Below the pieces are notes generated by a model. That model was not told where the DNA came from. It searched no databases and worked only from the letters and a program-made list of their open reading frames with translations. This document shows positions 8,460 through 18,598 of a stretch of DNA of 64,000 bases, piece after piece (position 1 is the stretch's first letter; each line of letters opens with the position of its first letter). Source of the DNA: an uncultured Altererythrobacter sp. (GTDB lineage Bacteria; Pseudomonadota; Alphaproteobacteria; Sphingomonadales; Sphingomonadaceae); assembly GCA_913056125.1 (NCBI GenBank), contig CAJXNC010000012.1:18861-82860 (forward strand), read 5' to 3'. A program made the position numbers and the translations under genes.

Positions 8460-9347
8460 ATGCGCGAAGAACTTAGGATTGCCGCAGCTCACTGGTCTGC
8501 ACCACGTGAACCTGGTAAACGCCGCTGGTGGCAATCTCCCACCATATTGCAGCACATAAACGAGGTCACATGTGGTAAGCCGCTAGTTGGAGCTTGGGCC
8601 GGCCTTATCGATCGGATGCGACTGGAAAGGCCTGAAGGGTGGGGGCGCGGCATCTCGGTTGGTTGCGGAGAAGGTGCCAAAGAAATCAGTCTCGCGCGAA
8701 TCGGACTAGTAGATCACTTCGACCTTTACGAGATCTCGGAAGTTCGGGCGGAAAAGGGACGCGCTCTCGCGGAAGCGCAAGGAGTGTCCGATAAGGTTGC
8801 CTTCCATACGCGCGACGCATTTCAAGAGGATCTTGGGCAATACGACCTAGTCTATTGGAACAATGCACTGCATCATATGCTCGACACGAACGATGCTGTG
8901 CGTTGGAGTCGAGACAGGCTCAAAAAAGGTGGCTCGTTTGTCATGGATGACTATGTCGGTCGCAACCGCCTGCAGTGGAGTAGCGCTGAGATGGATGTTG
9001 CTGAAAAGGTTCGCAGGCTGCTCCCGGAACGGTTTCTGAGAGACCCGCTCAATCTTGATCGCGAGCTACCTTTGCGCCCACTTCCACTTTCAGTTGAAGA
9101 GTGGATACGCCGCGATCCAACTGAGTGTGCCGACAGCGAGAACATCATTCCCGCAATAACTTCCTACTTTCCTGAGGCTGAGATAACCTACACCGGTGGG
9201 GTGATCTATCACTTAGCATTGAACGACGTTATTGCGCACTTTGATGAAGACGAGGATCGACACCTGCTCAGCGCGCTTTTGATGGCCGACCTAGCTTATG
9301 CGCGTGCTGGCCTCACGCACTATGCGGTTGTTATCGCGCGCCGATAG
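8460..9347 (+). CDS. Class I SAM-dependent methyltransferase (orphan, low-GC islet)
   Basis: 295-aa ORF with motif I ISVGCGEGAKE, DLVYWNNALHHM and post-II GGSFVMDDY. Lines I counted in this gene are ~52-55% GC, against 63-68% in neighbouring core genes. Confidence 0.75.
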   Translation: MREELRIAAAHWSAPREPGKRRWWQSPTILQHINEVTCGKPLVGAWAGLIDRMRLERPEGWGRGISVGCGEGAKEISLARIGLVDHFDLYEISEVRAEKGRALAEAQGVSDKVAFHTRDAFQEDLGQYDLVYWNNALHHMLDTNDAVRWSRDRLKKGGSFVMDDYVGRNRLQWSSAEMDVAEKVRRLLPERFLRDPLNLDRELPLRPLPLSVEEWIRRDPTECADSENIIPAITSYFPEAEITYTGGVIYHLALNDVIAHFDEDEDRHLLSALLMADLAYARAGLTHYAVVIARR

Positions 9348-9546
9348 CATTTCGAAACGAACACAATCGAAGGCTTGAAGCGAAAAGTACCTTGGCTAAC
9401 GTTAAGGTCTTCAGTGAACGCCACCAACTGCTTTGCTTACGCCAAGTTCAATTCTGCATCCGCCGAAATCGATCCCCAATTACTTTTCAGTCCGCTCCCC
9501 ACCCAAAGCCGGTCGTTGACTGTTTGACCAATCGTATATCCGCGCC

Positions 9547-9589
9547 TTGACATTCGCACTCTATCTTCTATTTCTGAAATTACAGAAAT
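9547..9589 (+). promoter_or_regulatory. Sigma70-like promoter (TTGACA-N16-TATTTC) overlapped by the inverted repeat ATTTCTG-N6-CAGAAAT; probable autoregulatory operator of the GbsR-type regulator
   Basis: TTGACA at 9547-9552, TATTTC at 9569-9574, palindrome at 9570-9589, all read directly. The regulator start is at 9602. Confidence 0.5.
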
Positions 9590-9601
9590 ACAGGAAGGGC
9601 A

Positions 9602-10156
9602 GTGCGAGTCGTGCGAGTCACCGATATCCCCGAGGCCGAAGCCTTCATCCTCCATTGGGGGGAAATGGGGACGCATTGGGGTGTGAACCGCTCGGTCAGC
9701 CAGGTCCATGCGCTGCTCTATTTGTCGGATCGCCCGCTTCATGCCGAGGAGATTTGCGAGACGCTCGGCCTTGCCCGCTCCAATGTCTCGACCGCCCTCA
9801 AGGAATTGCAGGGCTATGGCATCATCCGCCGCCAGCATGTCGTGGGCGACCGGCGCGACCATTTCGTTGCCGATACCGATCTGTGGGACATGCTGATGAA
9901 GATCAGTGCCGAGCGCAAGAAGCGCGAGATCGACCCGACCATTGCGGTGCTGGGCGAGCTCGCCGCACAGCTGGAAGGGCGCAAGGATGTGCCCGCCCAT
10001 ATTCGCGAGCGCATCGGCAATATGCACGGCTTCATCGCCCGGCTTACCAATTGGTATGACGAAGTCCGGCGCCTGCCCAAATCCACCCTGGTCACGCTGA
10101 TGAAGCTGGGCGGCAAGGTTGCCCGCCTGCTTCCGGGCAAGAAATCCAACCCCTGA
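9602..10156 (+). CDS. GbsR/MarR-family winged-helix transcriptional regulator
   Basis: 184-aa ORF (GTG start). FILHWGEMGTHWGVNRSVSQVHALLYLSDRPLHAEEICETLGLARSNVSTALKELQGYGIIRR...GDRRDHF matches the GbsR-type HTH pattern. Confidence 0.8.
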   Translation: MRVVRVTDIPEAEAFILHWGEMGTHWGVNRSVSQVHALLYLSDRPLHAEEICETLGLARSNVSTALKELQGYGIIRRQHVVGDRRDHFVADTDLWDMLMKISAERKKREIDPTIAVLGELAAQLEGRKDVPAHIRERIGNMHGFIARLTNWYDEVRRLPKSTLVTLMKLGGKVARLLPGKKSNP

Positions 10157-10208
10157 CAATGGCCTGAAGAAAGGAGGCGGAACGCCAAGCGCATATTCAC
10201 AAACACTG

Positions 10209-10228
10209 ATTTCTGTTTTTACCGAAAT
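10209..10228 (+). promoter_or_regulatory. Imperfect second copy of the ATTTCTG...CGAAAT dyad just upstream of the next gene
   Basis: ATTTCTG-TTTTTAC-CGAAAT lies 15 nt before the AGGAGG Shine-Dalgarno of the 10243 ORF. The left arm is identical to the 9570 operator and the right arm has a one-base deletion. Confidence 0.3.
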
Positions 10229-10242
10229 AACAGGAGGAAACG

Positions 10243-10623
10243 ATGATCGTCGAACTCAGCTATGCCGCCTATCTTGCCGCCAGCATCGGGATGACCATGT
10301 GGGTCGCCCGCACGCTGAGCTATAATGGCGAGATCTTCCTGATCGACTGCTTCGGTCATGACGAGAAGCTGGCCCGCAGCACCAACCATCTGCTGGTGGT
10401 CGGTTTCTACCTGCTCAATATCGGCTTCATCCTGCTGGCGCTGCAATTCGGGCGCGAACCGACCAATGGCCCCGAAGCGATCCGCTTCATCGCCACCAAG
10501 GTCGGTCTCGCCGTCATGGTGCTCGGCGCCTGGCACTTCTTCAACATGCACGCGATCGCGAAATATGGCCGCAAGGTCGGCCGCTGGATCCGCGAGGCCG
10601 CCATCACCAATGGCAATGCGTGA
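10243..10623 (+). CDS. Small integral membrane protein (3-4 predicted TM helices), unknown function
   Basis: 126-aa ORF with a strong AGGAGG Shine-Dalgarno. Hydrophobic segments: AAYLAASIGMTMWV, LLVVGFYLLNIGFILLAL, VGLAVMVLGAWHFF. Confidence 0.65.
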   Translation: MIVELSYAAYLAASIGMTMWVARTLSYNGEIFLIDCFGHDEKLARSTNHLLVVGFYLLNIGFILLALQFGREPTNGPEAIRFIATKVGLAVMVLGAWHFFNMHAIAKYGRKVGRWIREAAITNGNA

Positions 10624-10675
10624 ACAGGTCAGGGCGAGCTGCGGCTTGCCCGCACCCACTGCAAAGGAGGCAGTC

Positions 10676-11161
10676 ATGGAAGACCACATTCGCCATTTCG
10701 CCCGCGCGGTGATGTTCGGCACGCTTGCCGGGAGCGGGTTCTTCCTGCTTTTCAGCGTGCCGATTGGCGTGACCGGAATCTTGGTCGACCCGCTGGGGGC
10801 GCTCTTCATCGCGCTCTTCCCAATACTCGTGTGCGGAGCATTCGTCCTGCCGAGCATGATCCTTGTCGGCCTGCCCACAACTGCCATCCTCCACCATATC
10901 GGAGATGAAGATTGCAAGACCTATGCGCTTGCCGGTGGGGTAACGGGTTTGATCATACCGATCATCGTTGATGGGGTGTGGGGCATGCTCGGTGGCACTT
11001 CCATCGTGCTCGCCATTTTTGGAATAATCTCCGGTACGACTGCCGGCTATGTCTGGGGAGGCTGGCGCGAGAAGCTGGCCGACACGCGGCAGGCCTGGCT
11101 GGAATTCGAGGACGAGCCCGCCCCCGCGCCGCGCCCCAAGCGGGAGAAGTGGCTGTCCTGA
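10676..11161 (+). CDS. Integral membrane protein, unknown function
   Basis: Frame of ORF 10358..11161, with the start moved to ATG 10676 (AAGGAGG 6 nt upstream). MEDHIRHFARAVMFGTLAGSGFFLLFSVPIGV..., 4-5 hydrophobic helices and an acidic/Pro-rich tail. Confidence 0.6.
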   Translation: MEDHIRHFARAVMFGTLAGSGFFLLFSVPIGVTGILVDPLGALFIALFPILVCGAFVLPSMILVGLPTTAILHHIGDEDCKTYALAGGVTGLIIPIIVDGVWGMLGGTSIVLAIFGIISGTTAGYVWGGWREKLADTRQAWLEFEDEPAPAPRPKREKWLS

Positions 11162-11444
11162 GCAGGGTGCTGGAGGCGCCCCCTTTCCTACACGTTCCCA
11201 ACATAGCTAGGCCAGGCACATGCTCCGCCTTCGCCGCCTGTCTGCCCCAAGCATCTGTTCTGCAAGGATTCCTGGGCATTTGGGCGGCGAAGCATTCTTC
11301 CGCACAGGACAGTGTGTCAGGTGTGAGGGGTTAGGTGGGAATCGGCCGCAAATCGCACGGCACCTCCCCCGCCCACATTTCCTCTTCCGCTTTCGGCGCG
11401 CCCCTCTATCCTCCCCGCCGGGACAGGAGAGGAATTCGCACATC

Positions 11445-12725
11445 ATGCGTTTGCGCAGCAATTCGCCATGGCTGGCACTGATCGTGCTGACGGCGATCAG
11501 CACGGTCGGTTTTATCGACCGGATCGTGGTCAATGTACTGGTCGAGCCGATCAGGACCGAATTCGGCCTGACCGATTTCCAGGTCTCGCTCATGGCGACG
11601 GCCTTTACCGTGCTCAACATCGCGCTCGGCCTCGTCATCGCGCGCTATGCCGAACGCGTGCGGCGCCTGACGCTGATCTCCATCGGCACCTTCCTGTGGT
11701 CCGGCGCGACGGCATTGTGCGGTGTCGCCACGGGCTGGATACAATTGCTTGCCAGTCGCATGGGCGTGGGGCTGGGCGAGGCGATCGGCCTGCCGAGCCT
11801 GCAATCCGTCATCTCCGACTATTTCCCCGCCAACAAACGCGGCATGGCCATTTCCGTGCTGATGCTGGCCCCGCCCATCGGGGCTTTCGTCGGCTTTGTC
11901 GGCGGCGGCTATATCGCGCAGGAATTCGATTGGCGCTTCACCTTCCTGATCGCCGCCATTCCCGGCTTCATCCTCGCAGCACTCGCCTGGTTCCTGGTGA
12001 AAGAGCCCAAGCGCGGCGCGCATGACATAGGCGCGGGCGACGACGTCCCACCGATCACCGATGTGCTCAAGCGCCTCTTCGCCCTGCCCAGCGCGCGCAA
12101 CCTCGTGATCGGATCGGCCTTTGCCGCCATGCTCGGCTTCGGGCTCAATTACTTCTTCACCTCGCTGATGATCCGCGAATTCGAAGTCGGACTGGCCGAA
12201 GCGGGCCTTTATTCGGGCCTGATCGCAAGCCTGCCCGCCGCGGTTTCCGTCGTGCTGAGCGGCATGCTGGGAGACCGGCTGGGAGAGAAGAACCCTGCCG
12301 CCTATGCGCTGGTCCCTGCCGTGTGCCTGATCCTTGGCGGGCCGATCTATGCGCTGGCCATCACGCGCGAGGAGCTGGGCCTGCTGCTCGGCCTGGTGAG
12401 CGTCGCCACCTTCCTCAATTTCGGCTATCTCGGCATCACCTACGCAGCGCTGCAGAACCTGATGCATCCGCGCATGCGCGCCACCTGCTCCGCCGTGCTC
12501 AACGTGGTCTACGGCATTGCCAGCGCACTCGGCCCCATGCTGCTCGGCCAGCTGAGCGATACATTGGCGGTGACCCATGGCGAGACCAAGGGACTGACAA
12601 TAGCCATGGCGATTACCGGCGGGCTCTATGTCTGGGCGGGGCTGCATTATTTGCTCGCCTCGCGCCGTTATCGGGCGGACCTCGCCTCGACCAAATCCGC
12701 TATCGTCGCAACGGGAGAAGCCTGA
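11445..12725 (+). CDS. MFS transporter
   Basis: Frame of ORF 11220..12725, with the start moved to ATG 11445 (GGAGAGG upstream). 12-TM-like pattern with GFIDRIVVNVL, LASRMGVGLGEA and FPANKRGMAIS motifs. Confidence 0.85.
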   Translation: MRLRSNSPWLALIVLTAISTVGFIDRIVVNVLVEPIRTEFGLTDFQVSLMATAFTVLNIALGLVIARYAERVRRLTLISIGTFLWSGATALCGVATGWIQLLASRMGVGLGEAIGLPSLQSVISDYFPANKRGMAISVLMLAPPIGAFVGFVGGGYIAQEFDWRFTFLIAAIPGFILAALAWFLVKEPKRGAHDIGAGDDVPPITDVLKRLFALPSARNLVIGSAFAAMLGFGLNYFFTSLMIREFEVGLAEAGLYSGLIASLPAAVSVVLSGMLGDRLGEKNPAAYALVPAVCLILGGPIYALAITREELGLLLGLVSVATFLNFGYLGITYAALQNLMHPRMRATCSAVLNVVYGIASALGPMLLGQLSDTLAVTHGETKGLTIAMAITGGLYVWAGLHYLLASRRYRADLASTKSAIVATGEA

Positions 12726-13929
12726 GCTGGGCAATGCACCGCCAGGCCCATTCGGTGGGGCCCTGCCTGAACAGTGTGAGCCATAGCTGCGAGAGAAAGA
12801 GCATCACGGCAATGGGTAGCAGGCACAGGAGATAGGCCTCGATACGCCCCACCGCGCCGAACAGGCCGAGCCCCCAGCTGGCAAAGAGCGCCGCAAAGAT
12901 CAGGCTGGTAAGCAGGTAATTGGTCAGCGCCATACGGCCAGCCGCAGCCCATAGTCGCGTCAATGCGCCTTCATGGTGAAACAGCGCCATGAACAGCGCC
13001 GCCCATCCGATTGCGAGCAGCAGGTCAAATGGTGCAGACCAGATGAGCGAGATGGAGAAGCTCACCAGCGCATCGAAGCCGCCGACCCAGACCAGCAGCG
13101 CCATGGCCGCCAGGACGATCAAGGCAGGAATGGAGGTAAGGTAAAAGAGCCGTATGGCGCGTTCGCGCTTCCAGTCACCGCGCAGCAGGCCGGTTCGCCA
13201 CAAGGCAATGCCGATCAGCATCGCTGCGAGCGAACTCGGCAGGCCTGCCATGACACGCATGGTCAGGTCGGGCTCGCCAGCCACGCGGCGCTGGATCCGT
13301 TCGCCAAGTCCTTCCTGCCCGCGCTGCAAAGCTGCAGCAATGGTGTCGGCATCCATGCCAAGCACCCGGTCGAGCCCAAGCACGGGAATGTCGGTTGCTG
13401 CAAGCCAGAAGGATATCGCTTCTCGATAGTACCAGGCGGCCACTGCCATCTGCGCGGCAATCAGTCCCGCAGCCGCCCAAAGCAACAGGCGCGGACGCCA
13501 ATGCACGAGCATCGGCAGCACCAGCCCGCCTACCGCATAGACGCGCAGGATATCGTTATTGGCCAGCAGAAGCGCGTGGAGCCAGCCGATCAGGAACAGC
13601 ACAGCCATGCGCGCGTAGTGCCCTCCCAGACGGTTCGGACCGGTCTTGTCGAGAAGGATGGTGACCCCCGCACCGAACAGCATGGCAAAAAGCGCACGGA
13701 ACTTGTCTTCCACCAGGACGAAGACCGCCGCCCAGGAGGCGATGTCGAGCGATTCCAGCCCGCCATAGGCCCGCGGATCGACATAAGCGGCGGCCGGCAT
13801 GGAGAACGCGATCACGTTCATCCACACAATGCCGGCGACGGCAACGCCGCGCAGCGCATCGAGCGCGACTATCCGTCCGCCAAGGCGGCCCTCGGAAACG
13901 GTCAGCGAGGTGTCGGCTGCGCCGTCCAT
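12700..13929 (-). CDS. DUF418/YeiB-family membrane protein
   Basis: 409-aa ORF. RIVALDALRGVAVAGIVWMNVIAFSMP at the N-terminus and a multi-TM body typical of YeiB-like proteins. Overlaps the convergent MFS gene by 26 nt. Confidence 0.7.
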   Translation of the reverse strand: MDGAADTSLTVSEGRLGGRIVALDALRGVAVAGIVWMNVIAFSMPAAAYVDPRAYGGLESLDIASWAAVFVLVEDKFRALFAMLFGAGVTILLDKTGPNRLGGHYARMAVLFLIGWLHALLLANNDILRVYAVGGLVLPMLVHWRPRLLLWAAAGLIAAQMAVAAWYYREAISFWLAATDIPVLGLDRVLGMDADTIAAALQRGQEGLGERIQRRVAGEPDLTMRVMAGLPSSLAAMLIGIALWRTGLLRGDWKRERAIRLFYLTSIPALIVLAAMALLVWVGGFDALVSFSISLIWSAPFDLLLAIGWAALFMALFHHEGALTRLWAAAGRMALTNYLLTSLIFAALFASWGLGLFGAVGRIEAYLLCLLPIAVMLFLSQLWLTLFRQGPTEWAWRCIAQLRLLPLRR

Positions 13930-13950
13930 CTCGAACGGCGCGCCGTCGGA

Positions 13951-15159
13951 TCAGGCCAGGGCGGCCTTGAGATCGTCCACCAGGTCGGTCTTCTCCCAAG
14001 GGAAGAATTCGTCCTCGGGCTTGCGACCGAAATGGCCGTATGCCGCGCTCTTGCGGTAGATCGGCTTGTTGAGGCCCAGATGCGTGCGAATACCGCGCGG
14101 GGTCAGGCCGCCGAGCTTTTCCATCGAGCGGATCGCATCTTCGATCTTGTCGTCATCCACCTTGCCCGTGCCGTGCGTATCGACATAGAGCGAAAGCGGC
14201 TTGGAGACGCCGATGGCATAGGCCAGCTGGATCGTGCAGCGCTGGGCGAGGCCTGCGGCAACGATGTTCTTGGCCAAGTAGCGGGTGATGTAGGCTGCCG
14301 AACGGTCGACCTTGGTCGGGTCCTTCCCCGAAAAGGCACCGCCACCATGCGGGCTGGCACCGCCATAGGTGTCGACGATGATCTTGCGCCCGGTCAGGCC
14401 GGCATCGCCATCGGGACCACCGATCTCGAAGGAACCGGTCGGATTGATGTGGTATTCGGTCTCGTCGGAGAGCAGTTCAGCCGGGATCACCTCGGCGATA
14501 ACGCCCTTCACATATTCTTCGAGCTTGGCCTTCTTCTCGCCCTGGTCATAGCCTGGCGCGTGCTGGGTCGAAACGACCACGGCAGTGCAAGCCACTGGCT
14601 TGTCGCCCTCATAGCGCAGCGTCACCTGGCTCTTGCTGTCCGGCTCGAGGAAAGGTGCCGCGCCCGAATGGCGATCCGCCGCCATCTTGGCGAGGATCTT
14701 GTGGCTGTAATCGAGTGTAGCCGGCATCAAATCGGGCGTGTCGTCGGCGGCATAGCCAAACATGATGCCCTGGTCGCCCGCGCCTTCATCCTTGTTGCCA
14801 CTGGCATCGACGCCCTGCGCAATATGCGCGCTCTGTCCATGCAGATGGTTTTCGAAGGTCAGCGTTTCCCAGTGGAAGCCGTCTTGCTCATAGCCGATAT
14901 CCTTGACCACGCCACGCACGGTCTTCTCGATCTCGTCCAGAGCGCCGGGGGCCCATGCGCCATTCTCATACACGCCCTTGCATCGGATCTCGCCCGCCAG
15001 CACCACCAGCTGCGTCGTCGTTAGAGTCTCGCACGCAACGCGCGCTTCCGGATCCTTGGACAGGAACAGGTCGACAATGGCGTCGGAAATCTGGTCCGAG
15101 ACCTTGTCCGGATGACCTTCGGAAACGCTTTCGGAGGTAAAGAGGTAGGATTGACGCAT
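13951..15159 (-). CDS. metK: S-adenosylmethionine synthetase
   Basis: 402-aa [36 protein letters not shown] and [19 protein letters not shown] are canonical MetK motifs. Confidence 0.97.
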   Translation of the reverse strand: MRQSYLFTSESVSEGHPDKVSDQISDAIVDLFLSKDPEARVACETLTTTQLVVLAGEIRCKGVYENGAWAPGALDEIEKTVRGVVKDIGYEQDGFHWETLTFENHLHGQSAHIAQGVDASGNKDEGAGDQGIMFGYAADDTPDLMPATLDYSHKILAKMAADRHSGAAPFLEPDSKSQVTLRYEGDKPVACTAVVVSTQHAPGYDQGEKKAKLEEYVKGVIAEVIPAELLSDETEYHINPTGSFEIGGPDGDAGLTGRKIIVDTYGGASPHGGGAFSGKDPTKVDRSAAYITRYLAKNIVAAGLAQRCTIQLAYAIGVSKPLSLYVDTHGTGKVDDDKIEDAIRSMEKLGGLTPRGIRTHLGLNKPIYRKSAAYGHFGRKPEDEFFPWEKTDLVDDLKAALA

Positions 15160-15209
15160 AGAATGGTGAGTCCTCTGATCTTGTGTTTTCGTTGGATTGC
15201 GGCGGAGGT

Positions 15210-16811
15210 CTAACGGGGTCGCTGGCGTATTACAACAGCAGCCATTGCAAGGAAAAACAGGGCCCAGATAAGCGGCAGGCTATTTCCCAACCGGGCAAAA
15301 AGTGTCGGCGGAAGGGCCGGCGGGACAAAGCCGTCGATGCGCTGCCGGACTTGTTTGCCGGCGCGGGCGCGCACCACCCCGTGCGCATCCACGATCCCGC
15401 TAATGCCGGTGGTTGTTGCGCGCAGGACGGGCAGCCCCTCCTCTATTGCGCGCAGCCGAGCCTGCGCAAAATGCTGCGGCGGGCCGAAAGCCCCAAACCA
15501 GCCATCATTGGACGGGTTGAAGATATAGTCGGGGCGGTTCTTCGGATCGACGACCTGTCCGGAGAAAACGATCTCGTAGCAGATCTGTATGCCCGCCCTT
15601 CCGTGATCGCCGAGCTCGAAGGATTGCGGGCCCGGACCGGGAAGGAAATCGATCGAGCCGGGCACCAGCCGGCTCAGCCCGATCGGTTCGAGCAGCCAGC
15701 GCATGGGCAGATATTCACCGTAGGGGACCAGGTGTGCCTTGGCATAGGAGCCGACAATACCTCCTCCGGCATCGATGGCCGTGACCGAGTTGTAGGCTCC
15801 AAGAGCACGGACATAACCCGTCTCGTCCGGACCGATCTCCAAATCGACCGCACCCGTCAGCAGCACGCTGCCTTCTCCGACCACGCGGCCCAACCGCGCG
15901 CGGGCGAATTCCGGGCTGCCGAGCGCGGTGGTGCTGTTGTAATAACGCTGCGGATATCCGTCCTGCAGATAGTCGACCATGCCCGATTCGGGCCACAGGA
16001 CCAGACGCGTCTGCCCGGGCTCGCGCGGCAGGGACAGCTCCGCCAGGCGCTGGAAATTCTCTTCGTAATGGAGCGGGTCGGAGAGGACTTCCTGCCGGAT
16101 GTCGGGCTGGGCAATGGTCACAGCCAGGCTACCTTCCTCGCCCTCGCCCGCAGGCCAGTACATCCCAGCCGCCAGCAGGAACGCGGCGAGGGAGGCTGCA
16201 ACAAAGGCGCGCGTGGTCAGCAGATGCACCACCATCACCCCCAGCAGGACGGCAAGTCCTGAAAGGGCATAGGTGCCCATGAAGGGAGCGAGCGCGGCAA
16301 GGCCCGGCCGGTCGTCCGGGCCCAACAGGACGGCACCGAACGGGTTCCATGCATAGCCGGTGAAGACCCAGCTTCTCAGCCATTCGGCGATTATCCAGCA
16401 AGCCGCAAAGCCCAGCGCGAGGACGGCACCCTTGCGCTTGCCCGCGATCGCGCGGGCGGCGCCGGCAGCAATCGCCGGAAACACTGCGAGGTAGAGGGAA
16501 AGGAGCGGTACAGCCGCCCAGCCGAGCACGGCAGGCATGTTGGACTGGTAGGTAAAGGCAGTGGCGATCCAGCTATTGCCGAGCGTGAAATGCCCCATCC
16601 CGAACAACCAGCCAAGCCAGGCGGCCTGGCGCCAACCCGTGGCGATCGGCAGAAGCAGGGCGAAGGCACCTATCGCCAACAAGGCAAGGGGCCACAGCCC
16701 CATCGGCGCGAAGCCGCTTGCCGAGACCACGCCGAGCACAAGCGCCAAAAGCGCCGCGTGTCGGCTCACTTTGGTCGGAAAGGCTGGCACGCGGATCATG
16801 GCTAGCGGCAC
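15210..16811 (-). CDS. lnt: Apolipoprotein N-acyltransferase
   Basis: 533-aa ORF. N-terminal multi-TM region plus a C-terminal nitrilase-like domain (VLWPES...ICYE...NDGWFG). Confidence 0.9.
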   Translation of the reverse strand: MPLAMIRVPAFPTKVSRHAALLALVLGVVSASGFAPMGLWPLALLAIGAFALLLPIATGWRQAAWLGWLFGMGHFTLGNSWIATAFTYQSNMPAVLGWAAVPLLSLYLAVFPAIAAGAARAIAGKRKGAVLALGFAACWIIAEWLRSWVFTGYAWNPFGAVLLGPDDRPGLAALAPFMGTYALSGLAVLLGVMVVHLLTTRAFVAASLAAFLLAAGMYWPAGEGEEGSLAVTIAQPDIRQEVLSDPLHYEENFQRLAELSLPREPGQTRLVLWPESGMVDYLQDGYPQRYYNSTTALGSPEFARARLGRVVGEGSVLLTGAVDLEIGPDETGYVRALGAYNSVTAIDAGGGIVGSYAKAHLVPYGEYLPMRWLLEPIGLSRLVPGSIDFLPGPGPQSFELGDHGRAGIQICYEIVFSGQVVDPKNRPDYIFNPSNDGWFGAFGPPQHFAQARLRAIEEGLPVLRATTTGISGIVDAHGVVRARAGKQVRQRIDGFVPPALPPTLFARLGNSLPLIWALFFLAMAAVVIRQRPR

Positions 16812-16852
16812 TGGCCTGTGAAGGCCCGGCTTTCAAGCCCGATGCGCCGGTC

Positions 16853-17524
16853 TCAGCCTACGGCCTGCAACGTCTCGTCATCGCCATCATCGGCCGGCTG
16901 CGAGCGACGCTTGGACGAACGGCGGGGCTTGCGGGCCTTTTCGGCCTGTTCTTCCACATCGCCGTCGCTGTCATCGTCATCATCGTCACCACGCGAAATC
17001 GACGGGGGCAGGCGCGCGGCATCGAGCCCCGCTTCCTCGTCATCGGATTTCTTGCGGCTGCGGCGCTTGCGATTGTCGCGGGTGAAGGGATTTGCGCCGT
17101 CGTCGTCATCGCCTTCGGCGCCGCGCCGACCCTCTTCGGAGTCGCCCTGATCCTCGTCATCGCGATTACGACGCGAACGCGAACGCGGCTTGCGGCTGCG
17201 CTCTTCCTCGCGATTGTCCTCATCGTCGCTGTCGTCATCGTCCTGCTGACCGCGCTCGGCCTCGCGCTTGGCGCGCTGTTCGTCCTTCTGCGCCTTGTTG
17301 TCGGCGATCACGCGGAAATAGTGGTCGGCGAACTGCAGGTAATATTCGGTCTGCACCCGGTCGTCATTGAGCGAAGCCTCATGGGCCAGCTTCTTGTACT
17401 TCTCGAGCAGCTGCGGAGCATTGCCGCGCGCCCGATTGTCGATCCGGTTGGACTGGTTTCCACCACCACCGCCACGATTGCTTCCGCGGCCGCGCCGGCG
17501 ATTATTGTTACGTTGGCTATTCAA
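16853..17524 (-). CDS. DUF4167 domain protein (basic N-terminus, acidic/basic low-complexity tail)
   Basis: 223-aa ORF. RGNAPQLLEKYKKLAHEASLNDDRVQTEYYLQFADHYFRV is the conserved alphaproteobacterial DUF4167 core. Confidence 0.8.
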   Translation of the reverse strand: MNSQRNNNRRRGRGSNRGGGGGNQSNRIDNRARGNAPQLLEKYKKLAHEASLNDDRVQTEYYLQFADHYFRVIADNKAQKDEQRAKREAERGQQDDDDSDDEDNREEERSRKPRSRSRRNRDDEDQGDSEEGRRGAEGDDDDGANPFTRDNRKRRSRKKSDDEEAGLDAARLPPSISRGDDDDDDSDGDVEEQAEKARKPRRSSKRRSQPADDGDDETLQAVG

Positions 17525-17757
17525 AGGAAATCCGTTTCCTCTTTGGGACCGGCTGTTTCACATTGTGTCCGGTCGCTTTGCCCCTCGTGACAGTGCCTCA
17601 TGGCATCTGCCTGTTCTCCAATCCTGCACACGCAAAAGGCGATTTAACGCCGCCTACCGAGCAATTTAGGAGTTGGCCCCGGGTGCAGGCTGAACCTTTC
17701 GCACCACTGGCCTGACCTAGAGGTAGCTACTCGAAAATCATTTGCCAAGCCCTAATG

Positions 17758-18594
17758 TCAGGACAAGCGCAGTGTAATTGCCCTGTCCCTGCCCGCCAGA
17801 TCCTTGCCGACCAACGCAGTAAAACCATATTTTGCGGCAATTTCCGCGACAGTCAGGGCCTGCGACGCTCCAATTTCGAGTACGGCGACACCGCCTTCAG
17901 ACAGCAATGCGGGCAATTGCGGGATCAGTACGCGGTAATCGTCTAGGCCTTCAGGACCGGCAAACAGCGCCTCTGCCGGCTCGAAATCGCGCACGCCGGG
18001 ATCGAGGTCGGCGTCCTGTTCGACATAGGGAGGATTGGCGATGACAAGGTCGAACGCACCCAAATCGTCGGCCCATCCTTCCTGCGTCCAGTCCCGACGC
18101 AGGAATTGCACGCGGCCCGTGAGGCCCAACGGTGCGGTATTGGCGGCCGCGACCATGGCCGCCTCGGCAGAAGCGTCGATACCGATACCGCTGGCATCGG
18201 GCCGCTCGGCCAGGAATGTCAGGAGCAGCGCGCCCGAACCCGTCCCGCAATCGAGCACACGGGCATTAACGGGTGCGGCATCGAGCGCGGCCTGCACGGT
18301 CGTCTCACTATCGGCGCGCGGGATCAGCACGCCAGGCATGACTGCGAAGGTGCGCCCGAAGAATTCCTGCTGACCCAGAATATATGCAATCGGCTCGTGG
18401 CCGAGGCGCCGGGCAACGAAATGCTCGAAGTTGGCGAGATGCGGCAGGGCATCGTCCTGCATGTGCTTGAGCAAAAGGTCCGATCGCGAGACCCGCAGCT
18501 GGTGCGCCATCAGCAGCTCCGCATCGAGTCGGGCGGTGTCGGAGACAGGTTCCAGCCGCCGGGCCGCGTCGCGCAAGGCCTCGGCAATCGTCAC
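17758..18594 (-). CDS. prmC: Release-factor glutamine N5-methyltransferase
   Basis: 278-aa ORF with VLDCGTGSGALLL and IANPPYV motifs. Lies immediately downstream of prfA. Confidence 0.93.
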   Translation of the reverse strand: MTIAEALRDAARRLEPVSDTARLDAELLMAHQLRVSRSDLLLKHMQDDALPHLANFEHFVARRLGHEPIAYILGQQEFFGRTFAVMPGVLIPRADSETTVQAALDAAPVNARVLDCGTGSGALLLTFLAERPDASGIGIDASAEAAMVAAANTAPLGLTGRVQFLRRDWTQEGWADDLGAFDLVIANPPYVEQDADLDPGVRDFEPAEALFAGPEGLDDYRVLIPQLPALLSEGGVAVLEIGASQALTVAEIAAKYGFTALVGKDLAGRDRAITLRLS

Positions 18595-18598
18595 GGTC

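Noticed and set aside
16853-17524. Highly repetitive acidic/basic low-complexity tail of the DUF4167 protein (and the antisense ORFs it generates)
   Set aside because: This is a known property of the conserved alphaproteobacterial family. I do not treat it as a DNA repeat element or a novelty.
17636-17662. Weak hairpin (GGCG-N6-CGCC followed by TTTT on the minus strand) downstream of prmC
   Set aside because: With only a 4-bp stem it is too weak to call a terminator.
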